From Octopus vulgaris (lineage: Eukaryota): 64,000 nt of DNA. The notes under the pieces are model-generated. The model saw only the letters and a list, made by a program, of their open reading frames with translations. It was not told the DNA's origin and did not search any database. The position numbers and the translations under genes are program-made. Shown in pieces: positions 11,506-25,660 of the stretch; the first letter of the stretch is position 1; each line of letters starts with the position of its first letter. The stretch spans positions 64,542,001-64,606,000 of the forward strand of contig OX597819.1 in NCBI GenBank assembly GCA_951406725.2. The letters are read 5' to 3'.

Positions 11506-14265
11506 ACTGACAGGAATTACAATGCTGAAAATATCCTTCTTAAACTCATCAACTACCAGTTTTTAAAGTAGGACATGCTTCCTATCAATTTCCAAGTGGC
11601 TGTTTTATGCTTGTTACTTGTGTTACAGTGTAACAAGCATAGTCATTTTATTTCAAGTACAACGTAGTTATCATATATACATATGATAACTATTAAACAC
11701 TGTCAAATATCTCTAACTTAATCAGTGTTCAATCTGACCGGTGCATCTTTTAAATTTCACAATTATTATATTGAAGAAAGAAGGTAGCATGCTTCAAAAT
11801 ATCTATATTGTTTTTCAGCAAGGTTTGAAACAACCTAACGATTTTTTCTAAAATTTTGTATCCTTGCTGCTGTTTTCAATGACTGGTGCAGCAGTATTTT
11901 GCATAGAAATGCTAATTTTTCGAAGCACTTATACATGACCGTAAAATACAAGATCAATTCTCAGTTGTTTTTATCTCTATCGCTTTAGGCTAACTTTTAC
12001 AGTCTTATTATTTGCCTGAAATGTATTCATTAAAGTCCAGCAAAATCTAGAAGAGACAAAATATATTTTCGTGATGAAAATTTCGCCTTAATTTTATTTC
12101 CATAATATCTTTCCTCTCAAGGAAATAGCATTTACTGTTTTATATTGAAAGCTATAAATTACAATTTGTTTTCACCGTACCAACGCACGTTAAACATTAG
12201 GCTCACCACGTTTGAAACACGTTAAATAAGATGAACGTACATACAGTATTGTATGCATTGATATTCGTAACTCGAGTTCAATAAACATATCTATCTTAAT
12301 GATATATACTTTTGAAACAAAGTGACCTGGATATAGACAACTCAGGACCAACAGTTGTTGTTCATTTGGGTACTTAATGATTAGACTAATCTGCGTCAGA
12401 TCGTGTCTATCATCCATATTGATGCCTAGTTTTCATCTTCACAAGGATGTAAAAAACCGATTTCACCTGTCGTTACTTCACCGGTATTAATGCTTACGCA
12501 TATATATATTTATATATACTACTATCATAAATCTTGTCTTCCAAACTGTAGTATGGTTGGCATGTTCATTGTAGACTATTAAATGCCGAGATAAGCAGTC
12601 TGATGTTACAAGTTATGTAGTACAGAAGAACAGCAGCTATTTCCTCTCTTCTCTCCCACAAAGAAAATCCAGACAATCCTCACTCAATAATCTCTGCTAA
12701 CTTGTATTACTTTCTCATTTATTCGTTTTTGTACTGTTTACTATATATGTATATCCCCTGTACTCCACTTGAAAACTTCCCATCTGCTGGCAATTTAGTC
12801 ATCTTATCTAAATGCAATACGATGTGATTTTTCGCTTCAGAGCATTCTTCTTCATTGCAATTGAAAACATTTTTTTTTTAGTTTCAGAGAGTAAGACAAT
12901 AGAAGCCCATAAATTAATCCTATCAATACATCTGAACACCAACGCAATAAAGAAATACATTATACAATAGTTTTTACATTTTCTTTTGTTTATACATCTG
13001 TCTTTTATATTTTGTTTCCATGTAATGTTGTCTCCTACTCATATGCATTCACAGTTTCAACATGCTTCTTCTGTTATGTTGATATCTCATATATGTTATA
13101 CACAATGCATTCATAATTGTACCAAATTCCAAACCATTTCAGAATGATAAAGTACCGTTTTACCGGTATTTTAGTACAATTATGGTTTCAGGCTTGATAT
13201 AAAATTATTGAATGTATTAATTGTAAGAATTAGAGCGGGGATAGTATCAGGTACCATCATAATGATGTACCATGTAGTAATATCAAATTTCACGTTTCTG
13301 GAATGTCAGCCACCCTTGGACAGTTAGCTTTGCTTCATGGCATATAAGAATACTTACATTGATTTTTTCCCCTATATATGATGGTTTTTAATGCCAAAAC
13401 ATACTTAGTCATATATAAACCCGATCTATTTTCTGTCGCATATTAGACCTAGGCCTACCTGAACCAATTCTAGCCGTATATATATGTAGCTATTACTCCG
13501 AAAGTGTCGAGAAAATGCGTAGGTGCTAACTAGGTGGATACATGATATTTTCACTCTCTCTCTCTCACTCTCTCTCTCTCTCTCTCACACACATGATAGC
13601 CATTAATAGTCCGTTTCAAATTCAAGTTTCCACTGAACATGGATTGCTTGGTCTTATTAGATATTTCCTCTTTCTCCATATCTGCCTCGTTAGCTTAAAT
13701 CCCACATAACCTCAGTTACGTTGTTTACAATGGAGCACAACGATATTGCACGTGTCAACGTAATCCTGTATTATACATCAAAATAGAATATATTTCTTGC
13801 TTCTTTAGCTAGAATCATACAGATACCATTACAGATTGACTTAAACAATTATTGAACCATGCGCCTTACATCCACATTGCAATCTATTATCTCTATGGGC
13901 GAAACGGTACCTAGATATTAAGGGTATCTCACTCACCCCTCTCCAGTTTTCTTCTCATATATTTTATGATTTGCTACGTAAGAAATATATTCAATTGCAT
14001 TCAAGTAATGTCTAACATTATCATTATCAAGGCTTCACAGCTATTAATTTGCTGAATACAATCCCACTGCATTGACGGAAGTCACCTACAGCATGACATA
14101 ACGTATCAATTTGACTTTCATTTCATACGAACTGCTTCATGTCACAGAAATAAATATTTAATTTTATGTTGACAGCCTCTTAAATAACATTTCTATTCAC
14201 TTCAATGCGATGCAACAACGTTAATGCTATCATCTAGGTTTTCGAAACTGAAATGTCATCGGCAT

Positions 14266-14750
14266 GTCTACCACCACCATCACCACCAGCACCACCACCA
14301 GCACCACCACCACGGCCGCCACCACCACCACCATTATGAGCAATCGCATCGCCTACCTCTTCGTCATCATTCGTGTTTGTCTTCTTTTTCATGTTCTTCA
14401 TGGTATTCATTATCCTCACTTACATCGTTAACGACCTCAAACGTCGCCGTCGTCCTCTTCCTCGACAGGATTATCTCTAGCACCACCGCCGCCACCACCT
14501 CCACCACGACCATCACCACAACCAACACGGCCGTCATCATCATCATCGTCGCCGAAGTCACTGTTGTCACCATCATACGCATTTCCATCGTTCTCCTTAC
14601 CGTCGCCCTTATCAGCATCGTCACCATGACCATCATCATTCTTATCATCATCAAAACCGACACCACCACAGTCATCCTCCTCCTCCTCATCATCATCGAA
14701 ATCATCGACGTGGTTGCCGTTTACTATCATCACCACCACCATCATCATCG
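14266..14750. repeat. Cryptic trinucleotide low-complexity tract (CAC/CAT/CGT)
   Basis: Degenerate triplet periodicity; open in several frames on both strands. Confidence 0.85.
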
Positions 14751-14854
14751 TAGTCGTTGGTTCAGTAGTTGTCTATGCCATGGCTGTAGCTCTTTGCACC
14801 ATGACTAATATCAGGAAATATGGCAGACAGGCAAGCTACTTTTACTATTTTACT

Positions 14855-15072
14855 ATTTTACTTGTTTCAGTTATTTGAATGTAGCCATGCTGGAGCACCG
14901 CCTTTAGTCGAGTAACTCGACCCCATGACTTATTCTTTGTAAGCCTAGTACTTATTCTATCAGCCTCTTTTGCCGAACCACTAAGTTGCGGGGACGTAAA
15001 CACACCAGCATCGGTTGTCAAGCGATGTTGGGGGGACAAACACAGACACATACACACACACATACATATATG

Positions 15073-15112
<40 letters not shown>

Positions 15113-15114
15113 CA

Positions 15115-15154
<40 letters not shown>

Positions 15155-15160
15155 CATACA

Positions 15161-15216
<56 letters not shown>

Positions 15217-15379
15217 CGGCGGTGTTCTTTCACTGACCGTCTACCAAATCCACTCACAAGGCTTTGATCGGCCCGAGGCTATATTAGAAGACACTTGCTT
15301 AAGGTTCCACGCAGTGGGACTGAACCCGGATCCATGTGGTTGGTAAGCAAGCTACTTTCCACACCGCCGCTCCTACGCT
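14855..15379 (-). mobile_element. tRNA-derived SINE, family A, full length with internal microsatellite
   Basis: Head (rc) gcgtaggagcggcggtgtggaaagtagcttgcttaccaaccacatgg..gggttcagtccc; tail gctccagcatggc..gaaacaagtaaaa; multiple copies in window. Confidence 0.85.
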
Positions 15380-15529
15380 TAGGTAAGCTAACTTTTTAAT
15401 TTCATTGTGCATCATACCGATCGATGACATCTCTACTCATCTCTGAAAGAAATATTAATTATCTTGAAATATAATTGCATAAAATCAGTTTCTCATTGGT
15501 ATATTTGCAATAACTATATGTTATTATAT

Positions 15530-15783
15530 TTCTAAATTGCGTCAGCGTAATCGCAATATACACCATTACGAAACTATCGTTGAAAAAAAATATATACTTT
15601 GCAGGAAGTATGATTGCACGCCGCCAAGGCTTTTATATGTATAGAGATGTTTTCTAAATTGCGTCAGCGTAATCGCAATGTACACCATTACGAAACTATT
15701 GTTGAAAAATCTCATTGAAAAATATATACTTTGCAGGAAGTATGATTGCCTGCCGCCAAAGCTTTTATATGTATAGAGATGTT
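15530..15783. repeat. Tandem duplication, two ~122-132 bp units
   Basis: ttctaaattgcgtcagcgtaatcgcaat...gtatagagatgtt repeated head to tail. Confidence 0.9.
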
Positions 15784-16019
15784 ACCTTCTATTCTTGTAT
15801 TCTTTTACTTGATTCAATCATTTGATTGCGGCCATGCTGGCCATTTGATTGCGCCTTTAGTCGAACACACAGGAACCCCATGATTATTCTTTATAAGAGT
15901 AGAACTTATACTGAGTTTCTTTTGCTGAACAGCTTAGTTCAGATATTTAGGGATAGTTCCCAATGTACCTATAACTACTCGGATACATTTTACCTGCACT
16001 TTCTATAGCCTCTGTAATT

Positions 16020-16560
16020 CAATGGCTAGGTCCTGATACTTGGCTACTATTTCTATACCTCACATATTGAATTTTTCCTCAATTGGGATTGTAAAGTTAA
16101 GTATCTGGCACTTCCTGTTCTCTTGATCTATTACTACCAAATCAGGCATTCTTGCTTCTATCATTCAGTCAATCTGAATGTTAAAGTCCAACATCTTATA
16201 TTTCTTACTTTCTAATATTTTACTTGTTTCATGTTCATACCGTTTATTAGTATGTTCAAATCCTAGCTTTCTAAATAACTCCCAGTTGCTTGCCCTCCCT
16301 ACATTGTCATGTTTGTTATTGTATTCTTTCTGTGCAAGCATGCTAAGTTTCACTTACTATATGACCCTTTTTTTTTATTTTCCTTTGCATAGTGTACATT
16401 GGAAAGCTATTTGAATTTGTCTATCTTGGCTTTCATCCAATTCATCCTTAATGCTTGATCGTGTGCTGCTATTAACAACCTTTCAGTTTCCTTTTTCTGC
16501 TTTGCTTTTGCAACCACAACAATGTCTCGCTACACCTATTTGCTGGAACAATCTTTAGGA
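16020..16560 (-). mobile_element. R4/Dong-like non-LTR retrotransposon C-terminal fragment
   Basis: ORF 16165-16353 LAQKEYNNKHDNVGR..WEL..YEHE..ILE..DFNIQID, followed by MPDLVVID..CQI (RLE endonuclease region). Confidence 0.75.
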
Positions 16561-16599
16561 ATCATCATCATCATTTTCCTATTAACACTATTTTACTTG

Positions 16600-16709
16600 C
16601 TGTTGTTGTTCTTTTTCTTCATCTACTTCTTCGTCTTCTTCTTCTACTACTACTACTACTACAACTCCTTCTCCTTCTCCTTCTTCTTCTTCTTCTTCTT
16701 CTTCTTCTC

Positions 16710-16743
<34 letters not shown>

Positions 16744-16760
16744 TCCTTCTTCTTCTACGT
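16600..16760. repeat. (TTC)n/(TAC)n microsatellite
   Basis: Read directly. Confidence 0.9.
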
Positions 16761-17600
16761 TGTTTTCTTTATCCTTGTCCAGGGAAAACACAAGTTTTTC
16801 CATTCTTTCCGTGTTTCGATTAAATGTTGAGTATTTGGAATATCGAAAGTTTTGTGTTTTTTTCTCGTGTCACTTCGCATGGAACCATTGCAAAGTCGGA
16901 TTAGCTGTTTTATTATTCATTCTCTACGTTGGTTGGGCACAAATACCATACATTTTCAACATTTTTTTTCGATTTTCTTTACTTTTAGAATAATGTATCG
17001 ATGAATGATAAAAAATAAATATCTATCAAAAATAAGTTTTGACAACAGCACAAAAAGCAAGCAAACTAACAAAAGAATAAAAGCAGGAATAAGTTGCTGC
17101 ATGAGACATGCGATGTAAATGAAAATATTATTTTTCTCTTGATATTTACATATCTGAGAAACTTTTTAGAGACTTACCTTGCGAAAGCAGCAGCAAATGA
17201 GACATTGATCGACTTTGGCCACTCATCTTCACGCATACATGCTCGAACATATCATTGTCAATGAAGAAATACCAATCAGAGCAAACGTCCAGTCAGAAAA
17301 GTAAAAAAAAATACTCTCTGTATTTCAAAAGGAATTTTATCTTTTTGACTTAGGAATATTTCCACGAATGGTGAAGGATAAACGTGACATATAATTATGT
17401 TGACTAGCAAAGTAAAGTACAAGAACCAAAAAGAATGCTCGATGGATGATTTGTGAACGAATGTAGCTTCCATCCACTTGAGAAAAATATGCAGATTTTT
17501 TTTTTCAGTCAGATCATGAAGCCAGTAACCAAAGCGTAACAGGAAACATACGTAGTGCGACGACGTCTATCATGATCTTTTAATATTTTAAAGAGAAGAA

Positions 17601-17800
17601 CAGTGAGCTGGTACAATCGTTAGCACACCGCATAATATGCTTAGAAGCATTTCGCACGTCTTTAAATTCTGAGATCTACTTTACGTTTCAGCATTACGGG
17701 GTCGACAAAATAAGTAGTAGTTGAACAGTAGATGCCGATGAAATCAGCGTAGCCCCACCCTCCGAAATTGATGGCCTACTGCCAAAATTTGAAATCAATA
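17601..17800 (+). mobile_element. SINE family B (decayed; a further decayed copy follows to ~18000)
   Basis: gagctggtacaatcgttagcacaccg...gggtcgacaaaataagtagtagttg...ccaaaatttgaaatcaat. Confidence 0.65.
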
Positions 17801-19659
17801 TTTTAGAGAAGAAAATAGAGATGTGCCTACCGAAATGTTAGCACCCTCAGGATAATGGTTTTGTCCGTTTTCCCGTATGTTCAAATTCTTCCTGGGCCGA
17901 CTTTGTTTCTCATCTTCTAGGGATCGATAAAATAAGAACCAGTTGATTTAATCCCAGACCCGAACGTATTGATCTCGTACAGTTAATTTGAAATCAATAA
18001 TTTATAGAATAGCGCTCAAAAACACTTATATTATTCCTGGATATTGACTCAGTATCATCCCCTGGTTTGATACTGCGATCCTTGTTTGATATAAGATGAC
18101 AATAGACGAAATTATAGATTTTGAAAAAGATTAACCTGTAAAATGTCATTCATTGGTTCATGATAGCTTAACATATAGATTGTGGTTCTAATATTAGTAG
18201 AAATATAGTTTCTGATGTTATGTTTTTTGCATCTGGTTCCTCTATACGAGGTTTCGCTTTTGTTCCTTTCAGTAAATCTAATAGGTTTTCTTTCTCTTAA
18301 TGGGGAAGATTCTGTATGTTCATGACACGGAAAAACAATAGCTTAAAATCATTCTTTTCATTATATAATACGTTCTTCTCTCTCCTCTCTCTTCATCTCC
18401 ACTCTCGTATTTTCTGCCATGGCTCTTCACTTTTTTTGATTTTGTTTAATGGCACATTAGTATTTCAGAACATAATATCAAACAAAATCTGAAAAATAAG
18501 TAATTCACTACGCTATATTCATTACAGAAGAGAGGAATTGATGAAAAAACGCCTTCATTGCACACATCCGGTACGTTTTGTAACAAGGCAGAAAATAAAA
18601 AATGACAAGAACCTACTCACTACTCTAATAATTGACAAATTTAGCGAAACAAACAGAGTGATGAAAAATATGCTTGATGCACACACAATATACAATATGT
18701 TATGCACTAAGCTAAAGATTTAAAAGACATGTACAAATAGAGAATGAAACAATATTTGGCAGGTACTTTTATCGACACCAGAATGTTGAAATCAAATTCA
18801 AACGCAGCTGGATTTGAACACAGAATGTGACAAGTTGCAAATTTATAAATGATATGATGATGCGGATAATCCAACATCTTATCAGAAGTAACAAAATAAT
18901 GTGAATAATATGAATAATGGATTATTTGAATTAAGAACCAAATCTAAATCGGCACAGGATATGCATATACAGCTGCTGTTCTCTTAAATTACCTTTCTGC
19001 AGGATAATAGTTAAATTAACAATTCTTTCGCACATCAATAACGCCATTAAGGAAAGTAACAGGAAATAAACATTATATAAATTAATAAATAAATACAAAC
19101 GTCGAAAGACTATAGAGTGTTGGAGACGTAAATGTGGCTGAAGTCCTCATTTTCCAGGTTATTGTCTTCAATAGAATAGTCAACTTCTAATACATACATT
19201 GAGCAGATGTAAAATACACATGTATTGAAACTTACACACATACATCTATGTATGTGTGTGTGTGTGTTGTACATAATAAAAGTCTAATACACATTCCATC
19301 TACTTTATTAAAACAACATATATATATATATATGTATGTACTTTTGTATGTGTTTTTTAACATCAATATATGTGTATGTACGAGTGTACATTGCCGGGAG
19401 TGTATGTGGGCGCGCACGATTGTAAATATTTAAGTATGGATGGATATATATGGTGTTTTATCGCAGTGTGTCGGATAGACATAAATCTTTGAAAAATTCA
19501 GTATTAAGGCGCCTGAAATAAAATATCAGCGAGCTGCTGCTTAGCAAAGATGTCACTATACATACGAAGAAAAAACATTCACATGCATAATGTATGTTAT
19601 AATACATAACAAAATATGTGGATAAAGGGATAGATAGAAAGATGGATATATATATACAC

Positions 19660-19856
19660 TCTTTTACTTGTTTCGTGTCATTTGACTGCGGCCATGCTGG
19701 AGCACAGGTTTTAGGACTTATTCTTTGTAAGCCTAGTGCTTATCCTATCGGACTCTTTTGCTGAACCACTAAGTGACGGGGAAGTAAATACACCGGCATC
19801 GGTTGTCAAGCGATGTTGGGGGAACAAACATATACACACACATACATGCATATATT

Positions 19857-19888
<32 letters not shown>

Positions 19889-21727
19889 GATGTACACGCG
19901 CTTCTTTCACTTTCCGTCTACCAAATCCACTCACAAGGATTTTGTCGGACCGGGGCTACAGTAGAAGACACTTGCCGAAGGTGAACGGCAGTGGGACTGA
20001 ACCTGGAACCATATGATTCGTAAGCAAGCTACTTTATTTCATAAAATTTGTCATCATAGACAGTACAAAGAGTGTGTAGCTTTGCGGGCTGGACAAAGAC
20101 ATTAATGAAGGAAAATGAAATAGAATGAATAAATGACAGATGAAACCCAACACCCGCTGATTGGATTTTTCTCGGAAACATATTTTCTTTTTTTCAAAAA
20201 TCAATATGAGGTTTCAAACCCTATAACGAGGGTCTTTTACCTTCTACTCGTCGATATATCCATCGATATATTCATCATTATCTTCAATGCCGTTTGAGTT
20301 CCTGTATCCCGCCATTTCCCATGCCTCACTCATGTAGGACATGCAAGTCGTGTAAGGGCCACCCGGCCATATGCGACACTCCTCCCCAAATTCTTTAAGC
20401 CTTTCTCACAAGGGAAACCTTATGACCTCCACAGCTATCTGCGGAGGCCATTCGGGATCCCGTGTGAAGGGCATATCTACTGTCTCTTTATGTTCTTCTA
20501 CTATATTTCCACCTCCACACCTTTATAGAAAAAATAATTAATTGATCATCTTTAAGGTTGGGGGTGATTTCTTCCACCGTGCGTGGCACAACTTCGGGAC
20601 ATGCAGACAGCACATCATCTTCCCGTTCAGATGACCCGTTCTTCTTCCTCCTTTTTGTTTCTTTTCTCCCTTATTTCGGGAGAGTGTAGCTCTTCCGCTT
20701 TGTCCGGAGACTCTCCCCCGCCTCCCGAAGCCTTCGGTTCCTTTTTAATCCTTTTTGAGTTGAAGAGGCTACCCTTACATTTAAGAGCCTGGGCCCGCCA
20801 TCCCCCAGTCCCCGTCGGACGGTATCCTCAATCCAATCCGCTTCGGTGCCTTGGGGCAACCCACATATCTAGGCTCTTATTAATTTCCTCTCGCAATATG
20901 CCGGCAGGAACAGAATTTCCTTGCCTTCTAAAGGCTGACTCGCAAACTGGCGAGCCTTTTCCTCGTTGTCAAACAGCAACAATACAGTTGCATGTTTGAC
21001 ACCACGGGATATATATTTTAAAGCGGACAAATAGTCTTTAAGTTCATTAATTATAACTTGTTTTGGGAAGACGGTGATAGAATTAAGAACTTTAGAATAA
21101 GTTCTAAGCACCATCGTCTTCTCCTCCATATCATTTAACCACTGCTTAGGCGGGTGAATTTTCCTCTGTAAGACAGAATTTTTCTTTTTAAGTTCCTTCT
21201 CTGCCATGTCAAAAAACAGTTCAAAAGTAGTTCAAAAGAGAGTCTGCCAAAAAATTAAACCGAATAAAATAAAACAAAATAAAAGAGGAGGAAAGGAAAC
21301 TGAAATTAAAATAATGAAAAGAATGAACCAAAATTTAGAAAAAAAGAAAAAATAGAAGAAGGGAAAAGTAAAAGAAAAACCTCACAAATAGCACAGACAG
21401 CGAATCCTTTGTATAATACTCCAAAAAGGTAATCCAAATGGCTTATTCTTGAAGTTCGGAAAAATTGTATTTTTTCTGGCGAGATACGCCCACTAGAATT
21501 TAGAAAAAGAATTTTCAAGCAAAATTCTCAATTAACGGTTACAGTGACGAGAACCCAGTATTTTGCTCACCATAGCAAGCCATAATTGACAAATTACTTT
21601 TTGGTCTTTTTTCTATTCACGGAGCCGACACTCACATCTTCTCACTGTAACAGTCCAGACCAACTAGTGTTGCATTCTGTGTAACCGGAACTAAGCAACC
21701 TACTAACCACACAGCCACTCCAACACC
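19660..21727 (-). mobile_element. SINE family A split by an insertion in its tRNA head
   Basis: Body at 19660-20032; the first ~35 nt of the head resume at 21691-21727 (ctaagcaacctactaaccacacagccactcc). Confidence 0.8.
20033..21690 (-). mobile_element. ORF1-only L1/Tx1-like (HAL1-like) element, copy 1
   Basis: ORF 20869-21207 (EEKTMVLRTYSK..ITVF..GVKHATV..FD..AR.F..LFLPAY) is homologous to copy 2. No RT seen. 3' end caaattttatgaaataaa; 13-bp TSD at 20020-20032 and 21691-21703. Confidence 0.7.
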
Positions 21728-21735
21728 TAGATAGA

Positions 21736-21774
<39 letters not shown>

Positions 21775-21782
<8 letters not shown>

Positions 21783-22115
21783 GGCAGTTTGTCTGTGCGT
21801 GTTTCTGTGTGTCTGTTTGCTTGTACCCTCACCCTGACCACGGCTTTCAACCGATTCTGATGAAACTTGACACACATAGCCCAATGTCATAATTCAAAAC
21901 TAACGCAGCGAAAATTTTGAAAAGTTCCCCCAGTTCTGAAAAAATTGATAAATTCGACATGGGTCGAGAATCAGAAACACAAACCACAAACTGTCTAGGG
22001 ACGCAACTCCACCTTTTTAACTCTCAAAAAAATTTACCATCATTTTTTCCATTTTTTTGCTATTTTTTTGCTATAACCTCTAAAAATGCTTTATAGTTAT
22101 TTCCTTACAAACCTA
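21775..22115 (+). mobile_element. Probable non-autonomous Helitron-type 5' fragment
   Basis: tatataaaacggc..gtctgtg microsatellite..caaccgattctgatgaaacttgacaca resembles invertebrate Helitron-N 5' regions; no 3' hairpin/CTAG seen. Confidence 0.45.
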
Positions 22116-22189
<74 letters not shown>

Positions 22190-22219
22190 TTGAGTTGTGG
22201 GGTATCGCACGAGTGGGAT

Positions 22220-23094
22220 TATATAAGAAAAAAGGTTTGAAAATGCAATTTAAACGATGTTTATTTACTTAACCGGTTTCACTCTTTGGTAAAAGATTGT
22301 CAAAAGTTACATTTAAGGAAACATTGAATAATATGGGTTCAAAAAAAGTTTTTTACATAATTGTCACATTGAATATTATGCATTCAAAAAAGTTTTTTAC
22401 ATAATTGTCACATTGGATATTATGAATTCAAAAATGTTTTTTTATACATAATTGTCACATTACATGTATAAATATAGTGTTTGGTAACAGAGAAGTTCAA
22501 TAGTGTGATGAAAATATTTGGGAAAATTTGGCAGAAAAGGATAAAACAAATATATTATTGGGAATTGGTTGCGTTAATTATTGGTTGTCGCAAATTGTCA
22601 CATTACATGTATATATATACAATCTTTGGTATATATATACAGCGTTTTGACAGCAAAAATTAAAATGGATTTTTTGTACATCTCAGAATATTTTAAGTAT
22701 GTTTTTACTGACCTGTCAGTATTAGCAGAAAGGCTGAACTGAGAGAACAGAAGAAGTAGCCAATGTGGTGTATACTTCCCCTTTATGCATGAATGATTTT
22801 GGGGTTATCAGGAGGTTAGTATGCGGGTGTGAATAGATGTGTCCGTGCCTGCTGGTCAGATAGCGTCTGTTTGTCACACACATATATATACACACAAACA
22901 CACACACACACAACAACACACACACACACACACATAGTATACAAACACACACCACATACAAACAAACACACACACACACAGAACACACACACCCACACAC
23001 AACGCACCCACATATATCACATATACACACAGCACACAAATATAACATGTATCTATATATAACATACACAGATATATAACACACATACACACAC

Positions 23095-23134
<40 letters not shown>

Positions 23135-23889
23135 TACATACATAATATAAATATCACACAAATACACCTAGCATATATATACACACATACAATACACACA
23201 TACAGCATGTAAGTAATGTACATACACAATATATGCATGCAATATACATACGCAATACATACATATAATATATATATATATATAGACAATGCATATACAT
23301 ATATACACATATACATATAAATAGTGTTTACATACACATACATAGATGTACCACATATACACACAACACACATACATACAATGCATACACATACACGTAC
23401 GCATACATATAATATATATATACACACACACACATAACATACATACACACACAATGCATACATATATATACACGCAATGCATATACATGTATTCATGCAT
23501 ATATAGCACACCTACAATATACATATATACAGTGCACACATACACACAAATATATACACTTAATTGTACACGTACATATACAATACACATACGTACAATA
23601 TACATATACACAATGTGCATGCAAATAATGTACATGTGTATGCATTGTATGTATGTGTGTTGTGTGTATATGTGGTACATCTATGTATGTGTATGTAAAC
23701 ACTATTTATATGTATATGTGTATATATGTATATGCATTGTCTATATATATATATATTATATGTATGTATTGCGTATGTATATTGCATGCATATATTGTGT
23801 ATGTACATTACTTACATGCTGTATGTGTGTATTGTATGTGTGTATATATATGCTAGGTGTATTTGTGTGATATTTATATTATGTATGTA

Positions 23890-23947
<58 letters not shown>

Positions 23948-24802
23948 TTATATATCTGTGTATGTTATATATAGATACATGTTATATTTGTGTGCTGTGT
24001 GTATATGTGATATATGTGGGTGCGTTGTGTGTGGGTGGGTGTGTTCTGTGTGTGTGTTGTTTGTATGTGGTGTGTGTTTGTATACTATGTGTGTGTGTGT
24101 GTGTGTTGTTGTGTGTGTGTGTGTTTGTGTGTATATATATGTGTGTGACAAACAGACGCTATCTGACCAGCAGGCACGGACACATCTATTCACACCCGCA
24201 TACTAACCTCCTGATAACCCCAAAATCATTCATGCATAAAGGGGAAGTATACACCACATTGGCTACTTCTTCTGTTCTCTCAGTTCAGCCTTTCTGCTAA
24301 TACTGACAGGTCAGTAAAAACATACTTAAAATATTCTGAGATGTACAAAAAATCCATTTTAATTTTTGCTGTCAAAACGCTGTATATATATACCAAAGAT
24401 TGTATATATATACATGTAATGTGACAATTTGCGACAACCAATAATTAACGCAACCAATTCCCAATAATATATTTGTTTTATCCTTTTCTGCCAAATTTTC
24501 CCAAATATTCTCATCACACTATTGAACTTCTCTGTTACCAAACACTATATTTATACATGTAATGTGACAATTATGTATAAAAAAACATTTTTGAATTCAT
24601 AATATCCAATGTGACAATTATGTAAAAAACTTTTTTGAATGCATAATATTCAATGTGACAATTATGTAAAAAACTTTTTTTGAACCCATATTATTCAATG
24701 TTTCCTTAAATGTAACTTTTGACAATCTTTTACCAAAGAGTGAAACCGGTTAAGTAAATAAACATCGTTTAAATTGCATTTTCAAACCTTTTTTCTTATA
24801 TA
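22220..24802. repeat. Near-perfect 2.6-kb palindrome (arms 22220-23392 and 23634-24802, spacer ~241 bp)
   Basis: Arms are reverse complements, confirmed by mirrored ORFs (22481+/24359-, 22722-/23857+). Differences are a few substitutions and microsatellite lengths. Confidence 0.95.
22338..22470. repeat. ~44-bp minisatellite x3 (mirrored at ~24552-24685)
   Basis: ttcaaaaaagttttttacataattgtcacattgaatattatgca units. Confidence 0.85.
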
Positions 24803-24864
24803 TATATATATTTATATATATGCATCTATCTCTTTATCTATCTATATCTATCTATTTTCTTTTA

Positions 24865-25233
24865 TTCATTCTTTTGTTTCAGTCATTCAATTGTTCCCAT
24901 GCTTGAGCACCGCCTTTAGTTGAACAAATCGATTCCAGGTCTTATTCTTTGTAACCCTAGTACTTATTCTATCGGTCTGTTATGCCGACCCACTGAGTAA
25001 CTGGGACGTAGACACGCTGACATCAGTTGTCAAGTGATATCGGGGGGAAACACACACAAACACACATATGTATATATAACGAGCTTCTTTCAGTTTCCGT
25101 CTACCGAATCCACTCACACGTCTTTGGTCGGGCCGAGTCTATAGTAGATGATATTTTCCCAAGATGCCATGTAGTGGGACTGAACCAGGAACCATGTGGT
25201 TACCAAGCAACCTACTTACCACACAGCCATATA
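24865..25233 (-). mobile_element. SINE family A
   Basis: Matches 14855-15379 end to end. Confidence 0.85.
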
Positions 25234-25353
25234 AATGTGCGACTGTGCCTGTTTATGTCTGTACAGACACGCGCATATATCATTGTGCGTGCGATTGTGT
25301 GCTTGTGTGCTTGTGTGCTTGTGTGTGCGCCCGCGTGTGTGTGTGTGCGTGCG

Positions 25354-25401
<48 letters not shown>

Positions 25402-25527
25402 TGTGTGTGTGCGCTTGCAATTGAAATTTGAAGCAAAGCATCATAGTGATACTGTAATTGCTAGAATTATTATTGTTGAATGACAAACTATTCAAACCCT
25501 GGATTAACTTTGCAATAGTGAAACATT

Positions 25528-25660
25528 GTTGGCAGAGCCGTTAGCACACCGAGAAGCTGCTTACCAGCATTTCGTCCGTCTTTACGTTCTGAGTTCAAAT
25601 TTCATCGAAATCGACCTTGCATTTTATCCTTTTTGGATCGATGAAATAAATACCGAAGAA
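25528..25660 (+). mobile_element. SINE family B, 5' part
   Basis: ttggcagagccgttagcacaccg..ttctgagttcaaattt..gatcgatgaaataaatacc. Confidence 0.7.

Noticed and set aside
14224-14808. 194-aa His-rich, hydrophobic ORF
   Set aside because: Cryptic trinucleotide repeat open in several frames on both strands; no domain or splice support.
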